Assembly (NCBI GenBank): GCA_013239625.1
Contig: MU053881.1
Span: 10,067,957-10,131,956 of the forward strand
Length of the DNA stretch: 64,000 nt
Reading direction: 5' to 3'
DNA from: Lama guanicoe
Taxonomy: Eukaryota
Under the pieces are notes generated by a model. It was not told the DNA's origin. It saw nothing but the letters and a program-made list of their open reading frames with translations, and did not search any database. Numbering within the stretch: position 1 is the first letter of the stretch; every line of letters begins with the position of its first letter. The translations under genes were made by a program, and so were the position numbers. This document shows, piece by piece, positions 23,805 through 37,199 of the stretch.

Positions 23805-24255
23805 AAAATATAGTAGAATATTACTCAGTCATAAAAAGAATTAAATTTTACCATTTGCAACCATATGGAGGGTATTATGCTTAGTGAAATAAGTCAGACA
23901 GAGAAAGACAAATACTGTATGATATCACTTTTATGTGGAATCTAAAAAATACCATGAATGAGTGTTAACAAAACAGAATCAGACTCACAGATATAGAGAA
24001 CAAACTAGGGGTTACCATTGGGGATACGGAAGAGGGGAAGGACAAGAAAGAGGTAGGGGATAAAGAGGTACAAATACTATGTATAAAATAAATAAGCTAC
24101 AAGGATATATTATATAACACAGGGAATACAGCAAATATTTTATAGTAAGTTTGAATGGAGTATAATCTATACAAATTCTGAATCACTATGTTGAATACCT
24201 AATACTGACATACTATTGTAAATCAACTATATTTCAGTTAACACAAAATAAAAAC
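23668..24255 (+). mobile_element. L1 3' end (L1MA-like) with internal (GATA)n/(GACA)n and TSD
   Basis: ggtattatgcttagtgaaataagtcagacagagaaagacaaatactgtatgatatcac. TSD-like aaaactgccaggcaaa (23652-23667) and aaaactgtcatgcaag (24256-24271). Confidence 0.92.
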
Positions 24256-26018
24256 AAAACTGTCATGCAAGAAAATCAGGTAACTTTAATAGAGTTTTTT
24301 GATCACCTAAAAGTTGTTAGTCTCTATGCAGTAAGTGACACGTGGGAGTTCATCCCACTTGTCAACAAGCTGATGTACAACAAGAAAGCTTTGTTCCTCT
24401 GGAATTGTAAAACAAACACTGTATCCAGTTGAGTTAATTTCTAATTTCATATCTGTCAAGAATTAGCTTAGTGACCCTAAACCAGGATCTTTCTGAAATC
24501 CAGTGTCTTTATCTTTTCAGTGATAAGTCAATTAATTTACTTGATTTGTAGTCATGTTGGGGACAGTCCATGAGATAATGTACGTGGTAACAGTTAAAAG
24601 TACACAGTGCAACATCAAGCCAAGCCATGTTACTACAGCTGTTTTTCAACATGTAAAATGAGTGGTATTTCAGAAGCAGCTGCTTCAAACAATGAGATAC
24701 TGCCATCTTTTCCAAAACTCTAAAACATATGGTGTGCTCCACCTGGGCCTAAAGAGACTAGATTTTAAGTGAAAAAGAATTAATTGACTCTTCACATAGA
24801 AGAAATCCATATCAAATAATCCTCTAGCTACCCACACTGTATCTTAAAACATCTAAAACCTCCAGAAATTTCCAACTATACATATTTTTATTCTAATTTC
24901 TCTATGTTCCCTTTGGAAAGGGAAATTCTACCCAATCCCACCTTGAACTGTAATGGTAATTCATTCTAAATATTAGTCAGGTTGATAAGCTCCACAAGCA
25001 TAAACATGTTGTTAGCGCTCATTAAGTTATCAGAAGGAGAAAAAAAAAGACACCTGTAACAATCAGAATAAGATAGAAATGCCAAAAGGTACATGAAATT
25101 AACTGTGCCCAGTTTGGGACAAGAATAATTCTTTACTACAGTGTGATAACTGAAAATATGTTTTCATTATATGAAAGATAGAAAAAAAATAGGAGCATTC
25201 AACTGATACTTCAATAACTGCTATCTTTACGAGTAGAGAAAATGTCCTTTCTCTGTACTCTAGAACTTTTTTCCCCTAATGATATATTGTTAATGGTATT
25301 ACTTATTATATCCTTTTATTTCCTTTCTGGAGCCATCTCAGTTTGACCAAAGCCATGGTAGCTTGCTTCCTGGAGACTGAATGCTTAAATACCACTTCAA
25401 AAGAAAAATGTTTTTATCCTTTTCTTATCTCAGAAGTTATGCCTTTCCAGTGGCCACATACATTTGTCTCTTTTTTTTTTCTCTAACTTTCTCTCTCCCA
25501 TATTTCTACCACTTCTTGATTTATTAGTTTCAGAACTCTGGAGATGTTGGGCAGACAGCTCTCATGGGCCAAAGTTAGAAGAATAAAAACTGTATGGACA
25601 GTAAAAATGATGGCTCAGCACCATGGACAGCAACACAGCAATTCGGCCTGGGATAAAGCTTTGTAGTATTTTACTATTTTAGGCCCACCAGTAAGATTCC
25701 TCAAGATCCACACTCAGTAATTTATTTGCCAGTTTTGGCTGAACCTTAGTCCTTGTTTTGCTGCTGAGGGTTTCTTACTCACTTCTAAGAAAGAACATGA
25801 GACTTTCAAATAAATGACAAAAGAACTTGCTCTGTGAACCACAAAGGGAAAGTGAGACTTGAACAACAAAATGTAGTCTTGGCAAACAAACATCACTTGG
25901 CCAATGAAAATCTCATGGCACCCTAGAGCAGAGTCAGAAAAGTGGCTTTTCTGAAGCTCTGTGCTTTAAATGCCTGAGTAGAGATGCTATACATATTCTT
26001 AATCATAATGTGATGATA

Positions 26019-26144
26019 TCAAAACCATATCTATACATATAATGTATATACGTGTATGTATATATATATATATGAATCACTATGCTGTACACCAGAAATT
26101 AACACAACATTGTAAACTGACGTCAATACAAAATTTTTAAAAAA
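26019..26144 (+). mobile_element. Very short young L1 3' tip with TSD
   Basis: gaatcactatgctgtacaccagaaattaacacaacattgtaaactgac. TSD ataatgtgatgata / ataacatgatgata. Confidence 0.85.
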
Positions 26145-27309
26145 ATAACATGATGATAGAATGTCTTATTTTACTTCTTACGTCTTCCTACTGTAAGTCA
26201 AAAATCCCAGGGTTTCCTTTACATTTGCAGTAGTGTATTTGTCTTTTTCAAGATATCTTTACCTGGATTTAGAAACTAAGAAACAAAGTGTGCCAGTCAT
26301 ATTAGTTCTCTCCTGTAGGTTGTGGACTCAGCAATACTTCTGACAGATTTCTATCAGATCTGGAGAGCCTTCAATATAATTTTCTAAATGTTTATTGAAG
26401 GTTAGTACACACATTTTTCCTTTTCATTGTAGGAAGGATAAAACCTGTACCACAATTGTATTTTACAACAGCCCTTTCTCAGGGTCATAAAACTGAAGTT
26501 GTAATTTAGGATTGATAGCTACAAAAAAGAACAAGCGTTCAGGATTTTTCGAGTTTAAGACAAACACTTTGCACATGCACCAGTTAAACCTCTAGCACTT
26601 ACAATCCTGTGAAGTAAATTCAGGCCCTGGGGCTCGATGGGATAAGAACTACAGGTACTTTATAACAGCAAGTGAAATCATCAATTTAACACATTTGATA
26701 CATGTGCTGTTCAGTTTTCAAAAAGTAAAAAGAAAGCTGAAGGAAATGAACACGGCATATGACTGGATGCTAAGCATTTTGAAAATGCACATTTAGAACT
26801 GGAACATAATTTATCTTGCAGCTACACCAGCATTCTAGAGGCCTCTATGCAGAGTCAGCAAAGTGCCATGCACCGGCAATCAGCCTGGAGGAATGTGAGG
26901 TCCCTGACCAGCTTGTAGCACGGAGACCTTGCATTTTTGTACAGATTTTGATCAGTAATATAAAGATGGTGTTTTTTTACCTTGACTAAATTTTAACGTT
27001 GAGAGGATTAGAATATGAGATAAACATAACTTTGTGCCCTCTGAAAAACTGGCTAACATCTCATATTCCTGGCTCAGAACAGTATTTCTAGCTTAGTCAA
27101 TTTTACAAGCAAAAGAAAACCATGCTAAATGCAAGATAGCATGAGAAATGATCAAAAAAATCTATCTTGGTTAAGAATTTTATTTGGAATATCAGCAACT
27201 GAGTTGAATATACATAACATTGATAGTAAGGAAAAATAAGAAGTAACCAACTCAGGTGTCCATATATTTGGGAATAGCAGCACACAAAAATGCAAGTATC
27301 AGGCAACAC

Positions 27310-27885
27310 CATTTTCAGCTTTATCCATGCGTATGTACCTTTTGCAATGTACTTGGGGTCTAAAACAAAGATAGCCCTTGCCCTCAGTGTATTTTCCTGG
27401 TCTCACAGGGAAACAAATCAAATTTATGGTATCTTACTTAGTAATACAATAATATATACACTTTTTAAAAAGTATCAAGAGAGGAAAGAATGATTAGTAT
27501 CTGTTGTACCCAACCTATGAGATAAGGAAGAGTGCTCAAACAAGAGCCTAGAAAGCACAACTGTGTTGGGAAAAAGATACAGGTTATGGACTACATATGG
27601 AAGCAGAAGCTTAATGGAAAAAAAATCTTAGATCTGATGTAACACTGAAGATTTTGAAACAATAAAATTGTAATTCAATTTTAATAAGCCTAACTCTTAC
27701 AGAAGTGAGGCAGATTATTCAGTATTTGCCATCAAATCCATGATGGGAGTGTGTCAGTGGAGTTTTGATGATGGTGTCAGTAGCTAAAAGCAGCTGAACC
27801 AGCCAAGAGACTAATGTCCAGCATAGGTGAGGGATCAGAGTCTGAACTAAAGGCATGGCATGGGGTAACAGAGAAGGAAAGGTTA
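27310..27885 (-). mobile_element. L2 LINE fragment(s), degenerate
   Basis: aaaacaaagatagcccttgccctcagtg...gtccagcataggtgagggatcagagtctgaactaaaggcatggcatggggtaacagagaag. Confidence 0.55.
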
Positions 27886-28109
27886 GTAATTAAGAAAATA
27901 AAACTAGTAATTGTAACTGTAATAGTTAATATTCAATGGAAACATAAAAATTCATCTACCCAATAATTCTTGGGGCAATCATCCTTGTGATGATCATTTT
28001 AAACGCCACCATAAAAAATATTTTTCCAAGTACGTGTAAGAATCAGTAAGAACAAAAACCGTACATTCAGAGCAATACAGGAAGAAGAAACCATATTAAA
28101 ATTATACCT

Positions 28110-28650
28110 AATTTCTATAAAAGTTGAACAGAGCATTGCCTGTGCTCCTGAAATTTCACTTTAAGATATACATACCCTGCAAAAATGTGTAGTCAGCAAA
28201 ACACATGTAGACTATTTTTAGAAACTCTATTCGTAACAGCCTCAAAATAAAAACCACCAAAAACCCATCATCAGTAGAGCTGACCATAAAGGGTGGTATA
28301 TTCTCACAGCGCCATACAGTAAGAATAAACAAATCACAATCTCACAGAAAAATACAAATAAATCTCATAAACATAGTGCTGAACGAAAGAAGTCAGGGAG
28401 AAAAGAGTCTATACTATATGGATGCTACGAATATAACGTAAAACAAATTATGATGCTATAACTCAGCAGTCGTTCTTCGGGGGAAGACAGTGACCAGGAG
28501 ACAAGGAGAAGAACTGGGGGGTTCTGGTAATGTTCTGTCTGTGTCACCCGAGTGTGGTCAGTTTCAGACAACCCACCTGGCTGTCCCTTTACGATTACGT
28601 GGTATACTTTTCTGTATTTAAATTGTAGTTTTAAAAAAGCGTTTCAAAAA
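28110..28650 (+). mobile_element. Old L1 (L1ME-like) 3' end
   Basis: ctattcgtaacagcctcaaaataaaaaccaccaaaaacccatcatcagtagag...aatctcataaacatagtgctgaacgaaagaagtcag...ttctggtaatgttctg. Confidence 0.8.
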
Positions 28651-29900
28651 TTATAATTAGTGAAGAGGAGAGTAAACAGACACAAGGAAATGCGTTGTTA
28701 CTGGGCAAATGCAATTAGACCTCTCACTGACTCTTACACCTACCTGTGGTCTTACATACTAAGACAAAGAGACAAATCAGCCTCACTTAGGGGTCACTGC
28801 CTCATTGTTTTCAAGTGATTCCTCCAACGTGTATTCTTTTGACTTTGATGTCACTTATACACTTCCAAGAGTTTAGGCTTTTGCAAATGGCATCCAAAAA
28901 TTGTCCACTGGTTGTGTGGTTTTGTGTGTATATAACCATTCCGAGGCCTTGTGTGGGCTGTCCACGGAAACTCCACAAGTGGTCATGGATTGGAACAATA
29001 CACTACTTTATCCCCTGGAATTAACGGTGTCCATCCAACTCATGAGAAGAATGAAATGGCCTCATATCAGACTCCCTGCTGTGCATTAGAATTTCAGTTA
29101 CAGCCGTTACCTTGTTATAACATCTACATTTCTTCAATCACAAGGCCAGCTTCACAGAAAAAAATGCCCTGTATTCATTGTCCAATTATCAATTTCACAT
29201 ACCTTGGAAGCAGACTATAGCTCAAGCATGTGTATGTTCAAAACACTACTGTAAGGCTACGATCTGGAACAATAGAAAAAAAAATTCCAGCCGCTGTTCA
29301 TGGGCTCGTGAACAGAAAAATAATGACATAGAATTAGCATTTAAAAAAATTTTTAACTTTTAAGTGGATAGATTTATTTGTGGAAATATGAAGTGATTTA
29401 GATAAAAGGGAAGAAAAATTCTGACACGAAACAAGGAGGTCCAAGAACTTGTTCAGAACACTGGCAGCCTGCCGAGCGTACCTCTGGAAGGAGACGTCAA
29501 CTTTAACCTTTATTATTACGGACTAATCGTAAGTGGGCTGATCCTGAACACCATCCTGCTCTCCATGAAGCACTGGAGTTACAGACTGCTCACTCAACAT
29601 GCCCTTCACCCCCACTCTCCACTTTCACCGAAGTCCCTTTTTGAAAGATTGAGTTTTAAAGTTTATTATGATTAATATTCTTTACAGGAACCATGTATTT
29701 TTAATGAGTAGCAGAATGGATGGTGCAGGCTCCTTCTTCAACGCTGAAAAGCCAACTGAACGGGAGAAAATACTCTTATCTAACTTGAGATCTCTTTTCA
29801 GGCAGGATACAGAAGAACTTCCAGTTGGGTGCTCAGATGAGTCTTCAAAGATTAGACACTACACAACTCTTTAACCTACTTATCTTGCCATGTAGATCCT

Positions 29901-30376
29901 TGTAACTGAGCAGGACCCTACGGGGCCTTCCTGGGGCAGACCCCTCTCCCCATATCCCCTGTGGTAGTTCCTCTCTGAAGTACCTAGATAATAATATCTC
30001 AGCTTATCTCCTGAGGTGTTTTATAGATGCTAAAACCATCACCAAGTGTAAGAAATTAACTACCTAACTGATGCTCATGAGCACACAGCTTAAGGATTGA
30101 TGACATTAACCCCTGTGACATCTCCCTGCTACCTCACCATCAACCAATCAGAGAACTGTGCACAGGCTGATCACATACCCTTGTGACCCCCTCCTTCACC
30201 TGGCCTGCCCAAATGCTTTGCTGAAGCCCTTTGGCGGGGTTCAGGTTTTTTCAGTGCTAGCTCTCCTTGACTCCTTCCCTGGTGCTCTGCAATGAATGTT
30301 TCCTTGAGCACAAACTGGTGTCAGTATATTGGCTTTACTGCACATGGGCAAGTGGATCCAAGTTTGGTTTGGTAAG
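29901..30376 (+). mobile_element. ERV1-class solo LTR (MER41/LTR39-like)
   Basis: Starts tgtaactgagcaggacccta. CCAAT box (aaccaatcag). The 3' end tggtgtcagtatattggctttactgcacatgggcaagtggatccaagtttggtttggtaa resembles that of the 6.0-6.6 kb LTR. Confidence 0.85.
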
Positions 30377-30658
30377 GTACTCAATTTAGATTAGTGATAA
30401 AAAGATAAAGACAGGTGGACTGTTTAATATAGAATAAAAAGAAGGCTGTGCATTCTGGTTTCTAATATTATAATACCCTAAATAAAACAAGGTAACTCTA
30501 ATTATTTGTTTTACTGTATTCGATTGAAAATTGTGCTCCACTGAACAGAACGCATCACATCAAGTCACTTAGACTGTGTGGGAACCTAGAATAAACCAGT
30601 GATGTTTTATAAAACACATCTGGCCATAGAGGAATGACTGCCTTGTTATACAGAAGGT

Positions 30659-30982
30659 CAGTGTGGACTGAATGGTATTTCTCCAAAATGTATATCTGTG
30701 TCCTCACCCCTGATATTTGAGGCATATGGAGATGAGAGCAAAGGTGAGACTCATGCATCTACAAGCCAAAGAATGCCAGATACTGTTGGCCGCCATCAGA
30801 AGCTAGGAAGAGACATGGACCAGATTCACCTACACTGCCTCCAAAAGAAACCACCCTGGAGACCCCATGGACCTCTGACCTCCAGATCTCTAAAAGAATA
30901 CATTTCTGTTGTTTTAAGCCCCTTCCCCGCTACCTCCAACCTCAGTTTGTGGCATCTGTTACAGCTCTAAAAAACCGCTACA
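30659..30982 (+). mobile_element. MLT1B/C (MaLR) LTR, internally deleted
   Basis: tgtggactgaatggtatttctccaaaat...ctacaagccaaagaatgccag...cagaagctaggaagagacatgg...catttctgttgttttaagcc. Confidence 0.88.
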
Positions 30983-32309
30983 AGGATGCTTACTATTAAA
31001 TGAAATTTCCTGAGAATCTTCCTGCGAGCTTAGGAAAGAGATTCGTTAGTGTTCAGAAGACACTGGCTGCTGGTAGAACTAAATGGCTTCGCCCTCCTCC
31101 CTTATATTTCACATTTTTGACTCCTTCACTGCTTCCCTTCCTTTGCCAAGATACGTTAGAGAGACTGCTTAGAAACCAAAGGAATTGCTTTTTGAGGGCC
31201 ATGATATGAAAGATTTCAGAAAATTCATGAGAGTATTTTCTGCAGAATCTTGAGAGAGTCTATGGACAACATGATGTAAGTGTAAAGATGTCACTGTATT
31301 TTATAGACACCAGAGTGACACTGGAGGTACAAACATTCTGCCGTGGATACCTGAGCATAGCGGCTTACTTTGATTATGGAAACACAACACATTTTCCCCA
31401 AAGACAATGTACATTTACACATGAAATCAGCTTGCTTTTGTATTTCCCTGATTAGTGTCACCGTAGTGTCTGATAACTTTCCTAAGGCAAGCTCCTACCA
31501 TCCAAATAACATATGTTACTGCTTCCTAGGGCCTCTTTGAAAGGATACCACTAAATTATTGTCAAAATGCATACTTATGGTTGAGCATAACTCAATTACC
31601 CCAACAGCAGTTTTTATATTTATCTTTTATAGCTTAAAGATTTATTGTTCTGTTCCTTAAATAAAACTGTGGAGCAAATTAAAAAAAAAACAATTTATTC
31701 CTAATTTGCAAAGGTAGTAACAGACAACTTCAATCTCTTAAACATAAGATTACTAAAGATAATGCTCTATGAATCCCTTTAATGCATCAAACAGAATTTT
31801 TAAACAGGGTTATGTGTTAAGATTGAAGCCCTTCTCTTTTAAGACTATTCCTTATCTTGTGAAGTTGTCCTTGTGAGAGACTCACAATGACAAAATATCA
31901 GAGGATTACGGCTGATTGGGGATAGCTGGGATAAAGAAAAAAATTTCAATGTTAACAAATATTTTGAAGTTTTCTTTTCACCTGCTCTAATGACATGTGC
32001 ATAAAGGAAAATGAACAGAAATTGTTTTAAGATAATAATAGGTGCAGAACAGTGAAAACCATAATTTAGATGTAAGAAATAACTTTAATGCAATGAAACA
32101 AAAATGTGTTGAAAGAAAAGAACAGAACTTGAGCATTTCTCACAGGCGTTCATGGCACTTAATAGATATGTCCATTGGTAAGTCATACAGGAAGTCACAG
32201 GTAACAAGTCTACTATGGATACAGTTTAACTCTTAGCTGTTAACAGCGTTACTTTGCTGTACCTTTCGTTCCTTACCTAGAAAATGCAGAACTGAAGGCA
32301 AATGGTTTC

Positions 32310-32752
32310 TGCGTTAGTTTCCCAGGGCTAACATACAAAGTTAGGATAAATGTATTGGATTAAAGCAAAAGGAATTTGTTCTCTCACAGCTCTGGATGTC
32401 CAAAATCAACATACGAGCTCAGCCGTGGTGGTTCTGAAGCTTCTAAGGAAGCACACTTCCTGGCCTCTTCCTAGCCTCTGGTGGCTCCTGGCAATCTTTG
32501 CTGGTCCCCAGCTTGTACACACAGGACCCTAATCCTTGCTTCTATTACTTTCTTCTCTATGTCCCTGTCCCCTCTGAGTCTATGGGTCTTTCTGTGTGTC
32601 CTCTCCTCTTCTTATAAAGGCACCAACGGATATAGAACCCACCCTAATCCAGTGTGGCCTCATCTTAACTAATTACAACTGCAAAGACCCTATTTCGAAA
32701 TAAGCTGGTTATTTGGGTGGACATATACTTCAGAGGTATTCAACCAACTATA
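32310..32752 (-). mobile_element. MLT1C-like (MaLR) solo LTR with a perfect 5-bp TSD
   Basis: tgcgttagtttcccagggct...cctcatcttaactaattacaactgcaaagaccctatttc. TSD GTTTC at 32305-32309 and 32753-32757. Confidence 0.92.
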
Positions 32753-33399
32753 GTTTCCAATGCTGTGATTCTAAAAACAGCCTTCCTTATTCTTTTTATC
32801 TCTTTACTAACTAAAGGAAAGAAAAAAGAAGCACTCGTGTATTTTGATTCTCCATGAATTCTTATATATGGATGGGAAAAAATAGAATTATTTAATTGGT
32901 CTGGTTATCTGAGTGTCTGCCCACAAGTCAAAGAAGGCTATTATTACAGTATCTGGTGCTAGTCAACTTGGGTAAGTTAGAGAGAGTGATGTTGGAAACC
33001 CAAACTGCCTGCCGTATTTCACAATACCCTAAGACTCTGGGCAGCCACAGACAAAATGCCAACCCTTAGAAAGAATGGAAAATAAATAAATCCAAACCTA
33101 TCACTACTAACTGAAAAATTAATACAACAACATCTGTTACAGAGGGGTGAACTGAAGTTGCCTTTATAAATATCATCTCCAAGTAACCAGGACCATCTGT
33201 AAACTATGTTTTCTTTTTCAGTTCCCATTAATTATTGCCTTTTAGAATAGATAGAAACCATTGATACTCCTAAAGAAATTTTGTAGTCTTCTATTAAGAA
33301 AGGTCAAAAATAATCTGTTTTTTTTTCCAGGTGATTTTCTATTCATGACCTTTTGATTCTGCAGTTCAAGTATAGTGGTAAGAGTTATTTCCACATAAG

Positions 33400-33660
33400 T
33401 TGCATTATCTGCCAGAAATACACTGACTATAAAGAGTTGACACAAACACTAAACATTTTACATGTATTACTTCACTTGATAGGAAAAAAAAAAAACCCTA
33501 CTGAAGCAGGAACTTTAATTCTCCTCATTCTGAGGATAAGAAAATTGAAGGGAAGGAAATGAACTGAACTCTCCAAGATCACAAATCTCATAAGTGAAGG
33601 ACCTGAGACACAAAACCAAATAATCTGAGTCCACGTACTTTACCATTATGCCACACTTCA
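33400..33660 (-). mobile_element. MIR SINE
   Basis: attctcctcattctgaggataagaaaattgaagg...ctccaagatcacaaatctcataagtg...taccattatgccacact. Confidence 0.75.
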
Positions 33661-33929
33661 TCTCAAAAATCTCTTAAATTTCAAATTTGCATACAAACTG
33701 CCAGGAATCTCCAGGAACTTCTCTCATCTCAAACCTTACAGAGAGGGCTTCTATGCCCTTGGCCTTTTGTCATGCTACTTTATCCCCAATTATTCTGCTA
33801 GATTTGTCTTTCTTTTAAAGCCAGCTACCCTCTGCTATCTCTCTGCCAGGACTCTAGTCTTGTATCCAGTTCTAGTTTCTTAATCAACAGTCTCCAAGTC
33901 CCCCTTTCCCCACAAGCTATTTCCTTACT

Positions 33930-34300
33930 GGTCTTAGCTCAGGCTGCTGTTACAAAATGCCATAGACTAGATGGCTTGAAAAACAGACATTATTTCTCAC
34001 AGTTTTGGAGGATGGAAAGCCTAAGATGAAGGTGTAGGCAAATTCAGTTCTTGGTGAGGGCTCTCTTCCTGGCTTTAAGACAGCCACCTTCTTGGTGCAT
34101 TCTTACACGGCAGACAATGGAAGCTCTGGTGTCTCTCCCTCTTCTTATATAAGGAGACTAATTTTATCATGGGGTCCCCACCCTCATGGCCTCATCTAAA
34201 CCTAATTATCTCCCAAAGGCTCCACCTCCTAACACCATCATGTGGGGATTAAGGCTTCAACATATGCATTTGGGGGATATGCATATACTCAGCCCAGAAT
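33930..34300 (-). mobile_element. MLT1A (MaLR) solo LTR
   Basis: gtcttagctcaggctgctgttacaaaatgccatagactagatggctt...cctaattatctcccaaaggctccacctcctaacaccatca. Confidence 0.92.
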
Positions 34301-35024
34301 ATCATCTAAATGGAAAACACAGGAGTATATTTTTTCATTGTCAGGATTTTGTTGCTATTCTCAGATGGAGAAACAGAATAGAGACAAACATAGGGAATTC
34401 AGAAGATTTCATGATGCTCATCCATTTTCTTCGAGATGTTTCTTCATGGAAACCTTAAACAATATCTACAAATCATTTAATTTAGAGGATTGCTTGAACT
34501 GGCTTCCCAGAGCTGGACGGTCAGAGCCTAGTTTAACTTGAAGACAGTTAGATTCATTTCTTTTTGAAAACGTGTTGCTTATTTTTTCATCCTTGGAGGA
34601 TCTGATTATTAAAATCTGTGGAATGCTCAAAGCCAGAGCACTGTTTTAGGATCCCCATAGCAAGCCTTGGAATCTCTGCTCTTTCACTCACTTAAACCTG
34701 GGAGAGAACTGCATGGTCGGCACATTTCCCTTGCTGCAGGGAAGCCAGAGGTCAGTTCTCCTTCTGTTAGGACCTCAGGAACTGTCCACAGTTGAGTTAG
34801 CTACAGCCTTAGGCTTGTTTTATTTCATCTTCCGAAATTTTACCCTTGTAACTCTACTCTCTTGTTCTACTAAATTACCGATAAGCCTGCTCTTTATTTT
34901 GCTTAACAGATTCTTTGGGGGATGAAGAGCCCAAGGGAGGCTGGTGGCCCCAAACCAAGAACAGATTAGCTTCTAGAAAATGGTCTATTGAAAAATGCAT
35001 CTTAGTAAGTACAATTCTCTCCAG

Positions 35025-35330
35025 TACATTATTTCCAAAATGGTGGTAAGCACAAAATCATTGACAGTATTTTAGGTAATGCAGGGATGAGCACCACACA
35101 AATTAAAAATTGTGCATTAATTATAAAATAGAGCTCAAAAAACTTAACTGGTCTAGCATACATGCATTGGGTTATTACTTCTTAGAACAAGGCAAAGTTA
35201 ACAAAGTGAGTAGAACTAAAGTCGATTGAAAGGGAAAAAAAAAGTCACTAAACAATTATGTAAGTGGTACCTAGTAATGGCAAACTACATGATGGTACTA
35301 ACTGAATGAAAGAAGTCTGCAAAGTATTGT
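35025..35330. mobile_element. Possible old hAT-Charlie element (MER113-like)
   Basis: Ends with gtggtacctagtaatggcaaactacatgatggtactaactgaatgaaagaagtctgcaaagtattg. Very degenerate. Confidence 0.35.
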
Positions 35331-35374
35331 CTTAAAAGATTAAGACACTCACTAAAAACAGGAAAAGAAATATG

Positions 35375-35560
35375 CACATGCAGACTTTGGAGTGAGAAGA
35401 CTCACCAACTGGGTCACCATGGACAAAATTACTTTTAATTCCTGAGCCCTTCCTCAGTTTCCTAATCCAAAAATATAGAATCACTTTCTCAAAGTGCACT
35501 TATGAGTACTAACAACATACCTATGTGATGGAGCCCTAACGGGTAGCTATTAAGTTTTAG
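35375..35560 (+). mobile_element. MIR SINE
   Basis: gcagactttggagtgagaagact...catggacaaaattactt...cctcagtttcctaatccaaaa. Confidence 0.65.
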
Positions 35561-37199
35561 TTCGTTTTCTTCCCCTACATTCATCTGATAAAATAATAAA
35601 CATAGTCAGTGATGTTTAGGGGTATGTTCAGGTCCACAAATATTTTCCTTTCTCCCCATTCCCACCTATTCTTTTTCAACCCCACAGATGACCTCTATTA
35701 GTCCTTGAAAACAGGATTTATTCTCGGAAGATTTCTGGATTCGTATTTTGAAGGAAAAAAGCCCACCAGCTTCAAAAAATCTTTTAAAATCTGTTCTAAG
35801 ATGTTTTGTTTCTTTGAAAGACGGGAAATGCCACTCTTATTTTCCAATGGCTATTTAGAAGGTAGGTCACAAGAGGTTAACTTCTTAAAGAAATGAAAAA
35901 CAAGTTGCCTTTTCCACAAAAAACAAACCAAAAAACCCCCCAAAATCTGACTATCAGTGAGAATAAAGCAATATTCCAGTAAAAATGAATAGTTTTCTAG
36001 CAATTTTTCAATAATCATCAGTGATAAATTTTTATAAGAGATGTAATTCAATGGTTCTAAAATTTAAATACACTTCTGAATTGCCTGAAAAAGTGAAAAG
36101 TTGATTTTTATGGGAATATGGAATTATTTGGCTTAATACCATATAGTAATTAATTAAAACACCAATCATTTCAATAGAGGGATATTTGCATAGTTTTAAA
36201 TGATTCCTTGCATATAGTAATCAAATTTCTTGAAACTTTTATTTTATATTTAACCAAATACTTGCTTGCAAAACACTTTAAAAGAAGGAAGAGAGCTAGC
36301 TTTTTTATTTAAAAAAACATGATTAATAATTACACATATACAATATGTGTATAAGTTTTAGGACACAGCCATTAGGTAAAAAATAAATTAATCTTTTGAC
36401 TCTGACCTTTATAAAAAGTTTTCAGTGTATCTCTCAAAGGGATATTTATCAATTGGAACTAAAAAAAAAAAATTCTAAGATACTGTAAATACACAGGAGA
36501 GAGATAGTCACTAAGGAGGCTTAGAGATTTCTCCTGGAGGAGATAACCTACTCCTTTTGGGACTTTGAGTTGAAAACCCTTTAGAGATACTGCAAGGCAG
36601 AAGATATCTCAAAGGCAAATGTAAGTTGTTTGGGACTCACCGTGGGAAGACCATGCCTCCATAATTTCTAGGAAGACAACATTACAATATTCTTATACAT
36701 TGGCCTGCTTGGGTGATTTATCTCCTTGTAAGTTTAAATGCTAGAGAATAAACTGAAAGAGGTCTTTTCTTAAAAACAAACAAATATATATACATATGTA
36801 AAAAACTTAACAAAAAGAAGTCTATTAAGAGTTCCAGATAACCATAGGGTAATGATTGCTACCTAAATTTAATTCTATGATCTTCAAAAGAAGAAACAAA
36901 AGTAACAGTAAACAACAGGAGTAAAGGGAACCATCCACTGCCCATGAACACAGCTGACCGTCTTCGATTTGCATATAAATGGGGAGAAAATACCCCTAAA
37001 CCAGTAGTTAACCATGTCAGTGAGTCTGAAGAGATAAATCATACTATTTCTGAATACTCCAAAAGGACAAATTCTCAAAATTATGTAATAGAGCAGGAAT
37101 TTATGGATGCCTCATTAACATAATATCTATATTATTTATGTAAACATATTTATCTCTATTAATCAATTATCTATTATCGATCTGTATGGATACAGAGAT

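Noticed and set aside
30659..32752. Two MLT1 LTRs as the ends of one provirus
   Set aside because: They are in opposite orientation and the second has its own TSD, so they are independent solo LTRs.
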